In this document: piece after piece, positions 19,834 through 30,077 of the stretch
Layout: each line of letters opens with the position of its first letter
Position numbering within the stretch: the stretch's first letter is position 1
From: Candidatus Dormiibacterota bacterium
GTDB lineage: Bacteria; Chloroflexota; Dormibacteria; Aeolococcales; Aeolococcaceae
DNA: 64,000 bases
Assembly: GCA_963709585.1 (NCBI GenBank)
Contig: CAVPXI010000004.1
Coordinates: 160,001-224,000 of the forward strand
Reading direction: 5' to 3'
The notes under the pieces: model-generated
Database searches by the model: none
What the model was told of the DNA's origin: nothing
What the model saw: only the letters and a program-made list of their open reading frames with translations
Made by a program: the position numbers and the translations under genes

Positions 19834-20541
19834 ATGTCCGAGCCGTCCCGAAACGACCATCCCAATGGCGCCGTGAACCGGACGCCGGCCGAACGCCGGA
19901 TCCGAAATCGCGCGTTGACCATCGAACTCAGCGTGACCCCCTTCGGGTTGTCGTTTGGGGCGGTGTCGGTGGAAGCGCATCTGAACCTGATCCAGGTGTG
20001 TTTGCTATCGCTGGTCTTGTTCTCCGGGGCGTCGCAGTTCGCGCTCGTCAGCATCATCGGCGCTGGCGGTTCGTACTTCTCCGCGGTGGGGACGGCGCTG
20101 CTGCTCGGAGTCCGCAACGGCCTGTATGGCGCGCGCATCAACGCGCTGCTCCGCCCGTCGGGCTGGCGTCGCCTCGTGATGGCGCAGGTCACCATCGATG
20201 AGAGCACCGCGATGGCGGTCAGCGAAGCGCCATCGGGTCACTCGGCGCGTGCGTTCTGGTCAACCGCACTGAGTGTGTACGTGCTCTGGAACGTGTCGAC
20301 GAGCATCGGGGCTCTGGTGGGCAACGCCCTCGGCTCGCCGGCCACGACGGGACTCGACGTCGCCGGGCCCGCCGCGTTCATCGCCCTGCTCGCGCCACGC
20401 CTCACCACGCTCCGCCTGCGCCTGGTTGCGCTCGGATCCGGGGTGATCGCGCTGGTCACCGTTCCCATCGTGCCGGTCGGGGCGCCGGTTCTCATCGGTG
20501 GCTTGACGGCGGTCGCCCTGCTCCTGGTGTTGGATCGATGA
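19834..20541 (+). CDS. azlC: AzlC-family branched-chain amino acid exporter subunit
   Basis: FGLSFGA, FSGASQFA, RNGLYG, TIDES, GLDVAGPAAFIALL. Confidence 0.88.
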   Translation: MSEPSRNDHPNGAVNRTPAERRIRNRALTIELSVTPFGLSFGAVSVEAHLNLIQVCLLSLVLFSGASQFALVSIIGAGGSYFSAVGTALLLGVRNGLYGARINALLRPSGWRRLVMAQVTIDESTAMAVSEAPSGHSARAFWSTALSVYVLWNVSTSIGALVGNALGSPATTGLDVAGPAAFIALLAPRLTTLRLRLVALGSGVIALVTVPIVPVGAPVLIGGLTAVALLLVLDR

Positions 20542-20840
20542 AGCTATGGCTTGCCGTGGCTGTCGCCTGCGCCGGGTGTGCGGCCTTGAAGCTTGCCGGC
20601 TTTGTGGTGCCCTCGCGCCTCCTCGAATCGCCCCTGGCTCGGCGGACTCTCGAAGCGCTGCCGGTCACCTTGCTCAGCGCGCTGATCGCGGTCTCCGTGT
20701 TCGCGACCGGCAGTCATCTGACGCTCGATTCGCGCGCCGCCGGGCTCGCGGTGGCATTGGTGCTGGTGACCATGCGGGCGCCGTTTCTCGTGGTTGTCGT
20801 AGCTGCATGCGCCACAGCCGCCGGCGTGCACGCGCTCTGA
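20538..20840 (+). CDS. azlD: AzlD-family small subunit
   Basis: LKLAGF..LPVTLLSAL; ATGA overlap with azlC. Confidence 0.85.
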   Translation: MKLWLAVAVACAGCAALKLAGFVVPSRLLESPLARRTLEALPVTLLSALIAVSVFATGSHLTLDSRAAGLAVALVLVTMRAPFLVVVVAACATAAGVHAL

Positions 20841-20847
20841 CGCCGCG

Positions 20848-21678
20848 ATGGATGCGGCGGGATGGCGTGATGCGATGCGCGACTGGGCGCTCCCCGACGC
20901 GATCCTCGCTGCCGCGCCGGAATCGCCGTGGGGATTCGCGGTCGAGCTGTTCCGATCGCGCGCCGAACTGGCGACGGACGGAGACCTCACCTTCGCGAAC
21001 CGGCGCGCGAGCGACGCCCTGCCGAAAGGAGGTACCGTCCTCGATGTCGGCGCCGGCGCCGGAGCAGCGTCGCTCCCGCTCCGGCGGCGATGCTCGCTGA
21101 TCGTTGCTGTCGACTCATCCGCGGAGCAGCTGTCCGAGTTCCGTCGGCAGGCGGATCGCGCGCACGTGACGGCGCGGACGGTCGCCGGCGAGTGGCCGGC
21201 GGTGGCGAGGCGAACGCCGATCACCGATGTCGCCGTCTGCAACCATGTCGCGTACAACGTCGCCGACCTCGCGCCGTTCGTTCTGGCGTTGACCGGTCAC
21301 GCACGGCGGCGCGTCGTCATGGAGATCACCGCCCGGCATCCGACCGCGTGGATGGCCGACCTGTGGTGGCGGTTTCACGCGCTGCCTCGCCCGACTCATC
21401 CGGACGCGAACGACCTGGTGTCGGTGCTGCGCAGCCTGGGGTTGCCGGCGCGGCGGCATACCGCGATCTCGCCGCGGCGTGCGGGCGGTTTCGAGCGCCG
21501 CGAGGATGCGGTCGCATGGATTCGTCGCCGTCTGTGCCTCGACGCCGCCCGGGATGGCGACGTGGCCGCGGCGCTGGGCGAGCGCCTGGTTCACGATGGG
21601 GCGTTCTGGTCGGTCAGGCCGCCGATCGAACCCGTGGTCACGGTGTGGTGGGACGTGCGGCCTGAAATTGCGGAGTAG
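20848..21678 (+). CDS. Class I SAM-dependent methyltransferase
   Basis: VLDVGAGAG motif I, AVDSS, DVAVCNHVAYN. Confidence 0.85.
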   Translation: MDAAGWRDAMRDWALPDAILAAAPESPWGFAVELFRSRAELATDGDLTFANRRASDALPKGGTVLDVGAGAGAASLPLRRRCSLIVAVDSSAEQLSEFRRQADRAHVTARTVAGEWPAVARRTPITDVAVCNHVAYNVADLAPFVLALTGHARRRVVMEITARHPTAWMADLWWRFHALPRPTHPDANDLVSVLRSLGLPARRHTAISPRRAGGFERREDAVAWIRRRLCLDAARDGDVAAALGERLVHDGAFWSVRPPIEPVVTVWWDVRPEIAE

Positions 21679-21684
21679 GGTGAA

Positions 21685-22626
21685 GTGGTGCACGATCACG
21701 GACCCAACGGGCCGCCCCCGCAGCACGTCCCGACCGATGCGGATCAGGGACCGCTGGTTGCCGCGCTGTGCCTCATCGGAATTTTCATCGCCGTCGAGGT
21801 GGTCGCCGCGGTCCTCGCCCGTTCCCTCGCCCTGCTCTCTGACGCGGCGCACATGCTCACCGACGTCGCGGCGCTCGGGGTGTCGCTGGTTGCCCTTCGT
21901 CTCGCCCAGAGGCCTCCGAAGGGCGGACTGACATTCGGCCTCAAACGCGCCGAGGTTCTTGCGGCGCTGATCAGCGGCGCGACGCTGCTCGTGCTCGCGG
22001 CTGTGCTCGTGTTCGAGGCGGTGCTTCGCTTCGCGTCACCCGTGCCCGTGCAGGGCGGTGCGGTGATCGCGATCGCCCTGGTGGGCGTCGTCGTCAATCT
22101 CGCGGTCACCTACCAGCTCGCACACGCGAATCGCCGCAGCCTGAACATCGAGGCGAGCTTCCGCCACATCCTCACCGATCTGTACGCGCTGATCGGGACG
22201 CTGATCGCCGGCATCGTGATCGTGACCACCGGCTTCGAGCGTGCCGATGCCATCGCCTCGGTGGTGGTCGCCGCGCTCATGGTGTACGCCGGCATCCGGC
22301 TGCTGGGAAAGGCCGGCCGGGTGCTCCTCGAGGCGTCTCCCGCCGACCTCGATCCCGAGGAGATCGGGAGTGCGCTCGCCGCGCATCCGCATGTGGTCAA
22401 CGTCCACGACCTCCACGTCTGGGAGCTGACCTCGGGTTTTCCGTCGCTCTCCGCCCACGTGCTGGTGCATCCCAACGACGATTGCCATGCGATCCGACTC
22501 GACCTCGAGCGATTCCTCGAGGAGCGCTTCCACGTCGAGCACACGACCCTACAGGTCGACCATGCTCCTGCCGAGTACCTCCGGGTTGAGCGGCTGGTGC
22601 CGGATCGGGAGCGATCAGCCCGCTGA
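21685..22626 (+). CDS. Cation diffusion facilitator (CzcD/ZitB-like Zn/Co exporter)
   Basis: SLALLSDAAHMLTD, HILTD, VHDLHVW, HTTLQVD. Confidence 0.92.
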   Translation: MVHDHGPNGPPPQHVPTDADQGPLVAALCLIGIFIAVEVVAAVLARSLALLSDAAHMLTDVAALGVSLVALRLAQRPPKGGLTFGLKRAEVLAALISGATLLVLAAVLVFEAVLRFASPVPVQGGAVIAIALVGVVVNLAVTYQLAHANRRSLNIEASFRHILTDLYALIGTLIAGIVIVTTGFERADAIASVVVAALMVYAGIRLLGKAGRVLLEASPADLDPEEIGSALAAHPHVVNVHDLHVWELTSGFPSLSAHVLVHPNDDCHAIRLDLERFLEERFHVEHTTLQVDHAPAEYLRVERLVPDRERSAR

Positions 22627-22637
22627 GGTCGAGACAG

Positions 22638-23248
22638 TTACCGCTCCCGGACTGCGTAGGTCAGGTGGGTCACCCGCTGCGTCGGCTCCGCGGACCGGCT
22701 CCAGGGCCGCGCGGCCCGCGTCCACCCCCTCGAACAGGCGGATTCCGGAGCCGAACAGGACGGGTGAGAGCGCGATCGTGAACTCGTCGATCGGGCCGGC
22801 GTTCACGTACTCGAGGATCGTTGCGCCGCCGCCCGCGATGCGGACGTCCCGGTCGCCGGCGGCCTCGCGGGCCCGGTCGAGCGCGGGCTCGATGCCATCG
22901 TTGACGAAGTGGAAGGTGGTCCCGCCCGGCCGCTCCCAGGGTTCACGCTTCTCGTGCGTCACGACGAAGACCGGCGTGTGGAACGGCGCCTCTTCCGGCC
23001 ACATCTGCTCGCCGGCGTCGAACATCCGCTTGCCCATCACGTTCGCGCCGGTGCGCTCGAACGTCTCCCGCGCGATGTCGTTGTCGCGCCCTTCCTCGCC
23101 GCCCTCGCCGAGCTTCAGGTTCTCCCGGAAGAACCGTTGCGGGAATATCCACTGCTGCAGTTCCATCCACTGCTGCCCCCCCGAGGGACCCGGGCGCGAT
23201 GAACCCGTCCAGCGACATCGACACGCTGAAGAACACCTTCCCGGCCAT
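22638..23248 (-). CDS. Dihydrofolate reductase/RibD C-terminal family protein (frameshifts near 23175 and 22680)
   Basis: SMSLDGFIA, VMGKRMFD, PVFVVTH, IAGGG, PVLFGSG; C-terminal VTHLTY is in another frame. Confidence 0.82.
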
Positions 23249-23679
23249 CAGCCGTCAACTCCGGCGCATTCGGCGCAGACGCCGAGCACCGCGAAGTGAT
23301 AGGGACGGAGCTCGAACCCGAGGCGTCGCTTGGCGCCATCGGCCATCGCCTCGAAAAGGTCCTCGGGCGCCTCGAGGGTCGCCCCGCACACCTCGCACAC
23401 CAGGTGCCCGTGGGCTTCGGTCGCCAGGTGGTACGTGGCCGCCCCATGTCCGAGGTGGGTATGCACCACGACGCCGAGGCGCTCGAGCTCCTCGAGATTG
23501 CGATACACCGTCGAGGGGTGCACGTCCGGCGCCAGCGCCCGGACGGCGACGAGCAGCTCCTCCGCGGTCGGGTGGTCCGGCCCTTTCACGAGCGCGGTGA
23601 GCACCAGGCGACGGGCGGTGGTGACCCGGGAGCCCCCGTCCCGGAGCTGGGCGACCAATTCGTCGACGGTGCTGCTCAT
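23248..23679 (-). CDS. Fur-family regulator, Nur-like (nickel uptake regulator)
   Basis: HPTAEEL, STVYRNL, HTHLGHGAATYHL, HLVCEVC, HFAVLGVCAEC; divergent from a NiCoT gene. Confidence 0.85.
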   Translation of the reverse strand: MSSTVDELVAQLRDGGSRVTTARRLVLTALVKGPDHPTAEELLVAVRALAPDVHPSTVYRNLEELERLGVVVHTHLGHGAATYHLATEAHGHLVCEVCGATLEAPEDLFEAMADGAKRRLGFELRPYHFAVLGVCAECAGVDG

Positions 23680-23796
23680 CACTCAAGGATAGCCGCGACC
23701 GGCAGCCATCGCCCGGACGAAGCACCTGGCTTCTGGACGCTGTTGCGTGCTGGTCGCGTTTTGATACGCTGGGTGGGCTCCTGACGTTGAGGGAAC

Positions 23797-24909
23797 ATGA
23801 GGAGGACCACCATGGCCGCGACGGCGTCTCGCCTGGCCCGGATCCGCGGCGCGCTGACCCCCCGGGAGTGGGGACGGGTCGGCGGTATGGTCGGCTTCAT
23901 CATCGGCCTCTATGTCGTCGGCTGGGGCGTGTTCATCGTTGCCATCCTGCCCCAGCACTCCAAGTTCCTCGGCATCGGGGTCGCGGTGACCGCATACACG
24001 CTCGGTCTCCGGCATGCCTTTGACGCGGACCACATCTCGGCCATCGACAACACCACCCGCAAGCTGATGTCCGAAGGCAAGCGCCCGCTCTCCGTGGGCT
24101 TCTGGTTCTCGCTCGGCCATTCGTCGGTCGTGTTCGGCCTCGGGATCGGCCTGACCTTCGCGGCGCGGGCGATCATCGGTCAGCTCAGCAGCTCGAATTC
24201 GACGGTCGCGTCCTTTGGAGGGATCATCGGCACGCTCGTGTCGGGCACGTTCCTGTACCTGATCGCCTTCCTCAACCTGGTGATCCTGGTCGGGATCGTG
24301 AAGGTCTTCCTCGAGATGCGCCGCGGTCGCTACAACGACGAGGAGCTCGAGCAGCAGCTCAACGCACGCGGGCTGATGACGCGCTTCTTCGGCAAGCTGA
24401 TGCGGTCGATCCGCAAGCCGTGGCAGATGTACCCGGTCGGCGTGCTCTTCGGACTTGGATTCGACACCGCAACCGAGGTGGCGCTCCTGGCGGCCACCGC
24501 CGGTGCCGCCACAGCCGGACTTCCGTGGTACGCGGTGCTGAGCCTGCCGATCCTCTTCGCCGCCGGCATGGCCACACTCGACACGCTCGACGGCTCGTTC
24601 ATGAACTTCGCGTACGGGTGGGCGTTCTCGAAGCCGGTGCGCAAGGTCTACTACAACATCACCATCACCGGGCTGTCGGTCGCGGTGGCGATGCTCATCG
24701 GCACCATCGAGATCTTCGGGCTGCTGGCGGCTCAGCTTAATCTCTCCGGTGGCTTCTGGGCCTTCATGTCCGGCTTCAACATCAACGAGGCCGGCTTCAT
24801 CATCGTCGGCTTGTTCGTGATCACCTGGGCGGCGGCGCTCGCCATATGGCGGTTCGGGCGCATCGAACAGCGCTGGGAACGCGCCGCGGCGCGGCAGCGA
24901 TCGCGCTGA
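23797..24909 (+). CDS. HoxN/HupN/NixA (NiCoT) high-affinity nickel/cobalt transporter
   Basis: Signature RHAFDADHISAID, FSLGHSSVV, GLGFDTATE. Confidence 0.95.
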   Translation: MRRTTMAATASRLARIRGALTPREWGRVGGMVGFIIGLYVVGWGVFIVAILPQHSKFLGIGVAVTAYTLGLRHAFDADHISAIDNTTRKLMSEGKRPLSVGFWFSLGHSSVVFGLGIGLTFAARAIIGQLSSSNSTVASFGGIIGTLVSGTFLYLIAFLNLVILVGIVKVFLEMRRGRYNDEELEQQLNARGLMTRFFGKLMRSIRKPWQMYPVGVLFGLGFDTATEVALLAATAGAATAGLPWYAVLSLPILFAAGMATLDTLDGSFMNFAYGWAFSKPVRKVYYNITITGLSVAVAMLIGTIEIFGLLAAQLNLSGGFWAFMSGFNINEAGFIIVGLFVITWAAALAIWRFGRIEQRWERAAARQRSR

Positions 24910-24916
24910 CGCGCGC

Positions 24917-27455
24917 TTACTCGGTGGTGATCGCCCGAAGGATGTCGATTCGCGATGCGCGGATCGTCGGGAAGATGGCGGCGACGACACCGAAGACTCC
25001 CGCGATGACCGCGTAGATGATCAGGTTCTGGCCGGGGATCGCGATCTCGGTGATCCCGAGGTCGTGCAACGACCCGCTCACCGCGACGCCGAGTCCGAGC
25101 CCGACGGCCAGCCCGAGCACCGCTCCGAGCAGCGAGATGATCACCGACTCCCAGCGCACCATCGAACGCGTCTGTGACCTTGTCATTCCCAGCGCTCGCA
25201 ACAGGCCGATCTCGCGGGTACGCTCGAGAACACTCAGGATCAGCGTGTTCGCAATTCCCAGGACGGCGATGATGATCGCAAATGCGAGCAGGGTGTAGAT
25301 CAGGTTGAGGAAGCTGTCCAGCGACGCCCCGACGAAGGTACGGTACTCGGAGCGGCTCATCGCCATCAGCAGCGGAAATGCCTTCACATCCTGGTGGAGC
25401 GCCCGCTCCGCCTGAACTCGATGACACGCCGTTCGCGGCGTTGGCAAGCACGATTGAGTCACGCTCTGTAGGCACGTTTGGTGCCATCGTTGCGAGCGAG
25501 ACCACATAGCCGCTGACCAGAGCGTTGGCGGTGTAGATGCCTCCGATGCGAACGGGGATGCTCGCGCCCTGCGGGAAGTTGAAGGTCACGAGCTGACCGA
25601 TGTGCACACCGGAGGCGTTCGCCTCGGTGGAGTCGACGATCGCCGTGTTCGTCGAGGCGACCGAGGACGCCGTTCCCGACACCATGCTCAGCGACAGCAC
25701 GCTGCCGAGGTTGGCCGGATCGATGGCGGCGATGCCCTGCGAACTGCCCTTGATGATCACCGATGTGCCGCGGACCTCGGTCACATCCCGAAGGCTCGGA
25801 TCCTTCTGCAATGCCTGCGCCGCCTGCGTGTTGAAGTCCGGGCCCTGGGTGAACACGATGAAGTCGGCGCGAAAGGCGCCTTCGATCGCATCGTTGGTGG
25901 AGACACGAACCGAGTCGGTGAGCACCGCGACGCATGTGACCAGCGCAAGGCCGATCATCAGCGCAGCTGCGGTGAGCGCTGTGCGGCGCGGATTGCGCCG
26001 AGCGTTCTGACCGGCGAGTATTCCGGGCGCTCCGCGAATGCGCGCCACCGGCCATCCAAGCACGGTCGCGACCGGCACGACCAGCACTGGGGCAAGCAGC
26101 GCAACGCCGAGGAAGACTCCGAGAAAACCGGCGCCGATGAGCTGCAACTTCGAACCCGCGGAGGTGAAGAGCCCGATGACCAGCGCGGCGCACCCGACGA
26201 CGAAGATCACCACGCCGACCGCGATCCGGCGTCGCGGCAGGGGTTGGGTCTCGGGGAGTGCCTCTGACAGGGCGGCGACCGGCGGGATGCGCGTCGCACG
26301 CCGTGCCGGGAGGCTCGCCGCGATGACGGTGACGATGGTGCCGACGAGCACCGCGATGATGACGGTGCGAGGGAGCAGCGTCACGCCGCCGGTCGAGGCC
26401 GAGCCGAACACCGACAGCAGCGCTCGCGCAATCAGAATTCCGACAAGGAAGCCGAGGATTGACGCCACCAGCCCGGTCACCGCCGCCTCGACAAGCACCG
26501 ACGTCATCACCTGGGCTCGAGTTGCACCGAGCGCACGCAGCAACGCCAGTTCGCGGGTGCGCTGGGCAACGAGGATGTTGAAGGTGTTGATGATCAGAAA
26601 GCTGCCGACGAACAGCGAGATGAAGGCAAAGACGAGGAGCGGTGTCCCGATGAACGTGCTGATCGTCGACTCGGTGCTCTGCTCCGCCGCCGCCGCCGCC
26701 TGCTGCCCCGTCTCCGCCACTGCGTACGTGGGAAGTGCTGCGGCGATGTGCTCTCGGAGCACGACGTCCGTCACGCCGCTCTGCGCGCTGACCAGGATGC
26801 TGTCGTACTTGTTCTGACCTTCGAGGACGCGCTGCGCGGTCGACTCCGTGAACAGCGCGATGGTTGCCCCGGCAAGGTTGTCGGAAGATCCGTAGCCGGC
26901 GAGGCCGGTGATCGTGAAGTGCTCCTCGACTCCTCCCAGGAACACGATGGGCAGCGACTGTCCGACTGCGAGGCCGTTCTTCGCGGCGGTGCCGGCATCC
27001 ACGACGACATCATTCGGCTGCGTCGGTGCCGTGCCGCTGCGCAGGCGATACGGCGAGATCGCACTATCGGTGATCCAGTTGGCGCCGAAGGTTGGAGGCC
27101 CGTTGCCGCCGATCGGCTTGCCGTCGTGCCCGATCAGCGTCGCACCCTCTCGAAAGAGACTGCCGACCGCATCGTTGACGCCGGGTACCGCCCGCACCGT
27201 GGCCAGCAGCGAGGTCGGAATCGGATGGTTCTGGCCGCCGCCGATGCCACCTGAATCACCGGCGATCGGGCGACCGTGCACCGTCACCGCGACACCGGCG
27301 TTCGCCGTGGCGAAGATGCTCGTGAACGTCGCGTTGATCGTGTCGGTGAGGATGAACGTCCCCGCCACGAATGACACGCCGAGGATGACGGCAATCGTGG
27401 TGAGCGCGAGGCGGAGCTTGTGCGAGAGCAGGCTTCGCAGACTGATCCCGATCAT
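24917..27455 (-). CDS. FtsX/MacB-like ABC permease (double domain), frameshifted near 25410
   Basis: LRLALTTIAVILGVSFV, QRTRELALLRALGA; SVLERTREIGLLRALG is in the second frame. Confidence 0.88.
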
Positions 27456-27476
27456 GGTCAGCGCTCGGCGATGGCG

Positions 27477-28250
27477 TCAGTCACCGAGGTGACGCATGAC
27501 GTCGAGCACGCTGTCGGCCGTTGGTCCGTGCATCTCGCTGACCACGCGACCGTCGGCCAGGAACACCACGCGATCCGCGTGCGCGGCGGCGAGGGGATCG
27601 TGGGTGACCATGATGATCGTCTGTCCCAACTCGGTCACGGCGTGGCGGAGAAAGTCGAGCAGGTCCGTGCTCGCGCGTGAGTCGAGGTTGCCGGTCGGCT
27701 CGTCGGCGAAGATGATCTCCGGCCGGCTGGCAAGCGCGCGGGCGGCGGCGACGCGCTGCTGCTGCCCTCCGGAGAGCTCGTTGGGGCGGTGCTTGAGCCG
27801 GTCACCCAGGCCGGTGATGCGCACCACCTCGGCGAGCGCCGCCGCATCGGGTTTCTGTCCGGCGATGGTGAGCGGCAGCACGATGTTGTCGAGTGCGGAG
27901 AGCGTCGGGACCAGGTTGAACGACTGAAAGATGAAGCCGACCCGCACGCGTCGCAGCAGGGTGAGCTGGCGGTCGTTGAGGCTGCCCAGCTCGATATCGC
28001 CGATGTGAACGGTTCCCGAGGTCAGGCGATCGAGGCCGGCGATGCAATGCAGCAGGGTGGATTTGCCCGACCCGGACGGCCCCATGATCGCGCTGAACCG
28101 GCTCTTGTCGAATCCGACCGTGATGCCGTCGAGCGCACGCACCATGGCGTCGCCCTTGCCGTATTCCTTGACCGCATCGGTGGTTCGAGCCGCGATGGGA
28201 CTGGCATCCGCCGCCGTCGTCGTCGCCCCTGCGGTGGTGATCGCCGCCAT
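27477..28250 (-). CDS. ABC transporter ATP-binding protein (LolD/MacB type)
   Basis: GPSGSGKST, LSGGQQQRV, ADEPTGNLD. Confidence 0.94.
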   Translation of the reverse strand: MAAITTAGATTTAADASPIAARTTDAVKEYGKGDAMVRALDGITVGFDKSRFSAIMGPSGSGKSTLLHCIAGLDRLTSGTVHIGDIELGSLNDRQLTLLRRVRVGFIFQSFNLVPTLSALDNIVLPLTIAGQKPDAAALAEVVRITGLGDRLKHRPNELSGGQQQRVAAARALASRPEIIFADEPTGNLDSRASTDLLDFLRHAVTELGQTIIMVTHDPLAAAHADRVVFLADGRVVSEMHGPTADSVLDVMRHLGD

Positions 28251-28310
28251 TGGGTGCCAGGGTAGACGAAGTTCGGGTTCGCGCCGATGGAGCCCGTATC
28301 ATGTCGATCC

Positions 28311-29348
28311 GTGGGGGATACGGAGGGGGGATCGAAGCTCGAGGTCGGCGATCCGCGCCGGCGGCAGCTCGGCGTCGCTGCATTCGGCACGCTCGCCGTC
28401 GCCGCGATCTTCCTGGTCTTTGCTCTCTCGGTCAAGCAGGTTCGCGTGCTGGATCACCACGCTCCCTGGCGCGATGACCCCTATGACGCAGTTGTGTCCT
28501 TCGTCGTGTTCTTCGTCCCGCTGACGGCGGCGCTGGGGATCGTGAGGATCTCGCTCTGGCGCAGCAGTCGGCCCCTCGCGGTCGCGCGGGTGACCAGCGT
28601 GATGCGCGGCGGTCGGGTGCTCATCGGCACGATGCTCCTCACCGTGCTCTCGGACTGGACCAGCGTCGCCCTGCAAGCGAATCACGCCCACTGGAACGGC
28701 ACGACGGAATCGGACATTGCGTTGCTCGCGGCGATGACATTGCTGGTGATCGCCGCGGGAGTCGTGCATCTCCGGGCGTCGCGTCTTGTCCGTGACCTTC
28801 GCGATGGATCGCAGCGGACCGATTGGTTCAACGACCTCGTCGCGGCGGTGGAGCTCCATGCCGGTCGGCTGGGTCCGCTCAAGGTGCTCGGCGTCCAGGT
28901 CACCCGCGGGCTCGATCGCCAGGTAGTCGGCGCTCTCCGCCGGCGTCCGGTGACAGCGGCGATCGTTTGCGCATTGCTGTTCGGCGTTTCCCTGGCCCTC
29001 AACACGTTGCTCCGGGCCGGCCCTGGGCCGGCGATCTGGCTCGACGTCGCAGTCGGGGGCAGCGGGATGTTCGCGTTCCTGGTGGCGGCTGGCGCGTATC
29101 TGGGCCTGGTGGGAGCAAACCGCCCGGCGGCGGGGGCGCGCCGCCGGATCATCGATGCCGCGGTGATCGGATGCGCCTCCGTTCCCGTGACACTCGCCTT
29201 TCGCGACTGGCTCTGGTGGATCGTCGGGGCATCCTCGGGAGGATCGGATCGCCTGGCCAGGTTGCTCCTCACCGTGGCGGTGGCCACTGCGCTGATCGTC
29301 CTCGCGAGCGAGGCCGTCTTCCGGGTGCATCCTGCCCGCACGGCCTGA
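28311..29348 (+). CDS. Hypothetical polytopic membrane protein (start 28287 or 28311)
   Basis: About 8 hydrophobic segments, HAPWRDDPYDAVVSF; no family recognised. Confidence 0.65.
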   Translation: MGDTEGGSKLEVGDPRRRQLGVAAFGTLAVAAIFLVFALSVKQVRVLDHHAPWRDDPYDAVVSFVVFFVPLTAALGIVRISLWRSSRPLAVARVTSVMRGGRVLIGTMLLTVLSDWTSVALQANHAHWNGTTESDIALLAAMTLLVIAAGVVHLRASRLVRDLRDGSQRTDWFNDLVAAVELHAGRLGPLKVLGVQVTRGLDRQVVGALRRRPVTAAIVCALLFGVSLALNTLLRAGPGPAIWLDVAVGGSGMFAFLVAAGAYLGLVGANRPAAGARRRIIDAAVIGCASVPVTLAFRDWLWWIVGASSGGSDRLARLLLTVAVATALIVLASEAVFRVHPARTA

Positions 29349-29387
29349 GCGCGTCCCTGTCCGGGGAGCGCTTGCTAGAGTGGATTC

Positions 29388-30077
29388 GTGACCGGGGCCG
29401 AACTTCCCATCGGCGAGCGGAAGGCGCGAGCCGTCGAGGAGATGTTCGACCGGATCGCGCCGCGCTACGAGCTGGTGAACCGTGTGATGACGCTCGGGCT
29501 CGACGCTGGCTGGCGGCGTCGGGCAGTGCGCGAGCTGCACCTGGACCCGGGGGCGCGGGTGGTCGACCTCGGCTGCGGGACCGGCGATCTCTGCAGGGGC
29601 CTCGGACGCGCCGGGCTCCGCGCGGTTGGGGTTGACGTGGCCGCGGAAATGCTCGCTCGGGCACACACCTCGGCTCCCCTGGTGCGCGCCGATGCCCTGC
29701 AGCTCCCCATCGCCGACGCATCCGTCGACGGCGCGATCAGCGGCTTCGCGCTGCGCAACGTGGTCGACATCGGCGCGTGCTTGGGCGAGGCGGCGCGGGT
29801 GATCCGCCCGGGCGGCCGCGCCGTCTTCCTTGAAGTGTCGGAGCCACCGAGCCCGCTGGTTCGCCGCGCGCACGCGCTGTACTTCCGGAGGATCGTCCCC
29901 ATGATCGGCGGACTGCTCTCCGACCGGCGGGCATATCAGTACCTGCCCGCGTCGACCGCATACCTGCCATCGCCGGACCAACTCCTCCGCCTGCTGTCCG
30001 ATGCCGGGTTTGTCCGCTGCCATCGGGTGCAGCTGGGTGCCGGCGCCGCGCAACTGCTCATCGGGACCCGGCGGTGA
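29388..30077 (+). CDS. menG: Demethylmenaquinone methyltransferase (UbiE/MenG)
   Basis: MFDRIAPRYELVNRVMTLGLD, DLGCGTGD, GFALRNV, AYQYLPAS; lies in the men cluster. Confidence 0.9.
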   Translation: MTGAELPIGERKARAVEEMFDRIAPRYELVNRVMTLGLDAGWRRRAVRELHLDPGARVVDLGCGTGDLCRGLGRAGLRAVGVDVAAEMLARAHTSAPLVRADALQLPIADASVDGAISGFALRNVVDIGACLGEAARVIRPGGRAVFLEVSEPPSPLVRRAHALYFRRIVPMIGGLLSDRRAYQYLPASTAYLPSPDQLLRLLSDAGFVRCHRVQLGAGAAQLLIGTRR

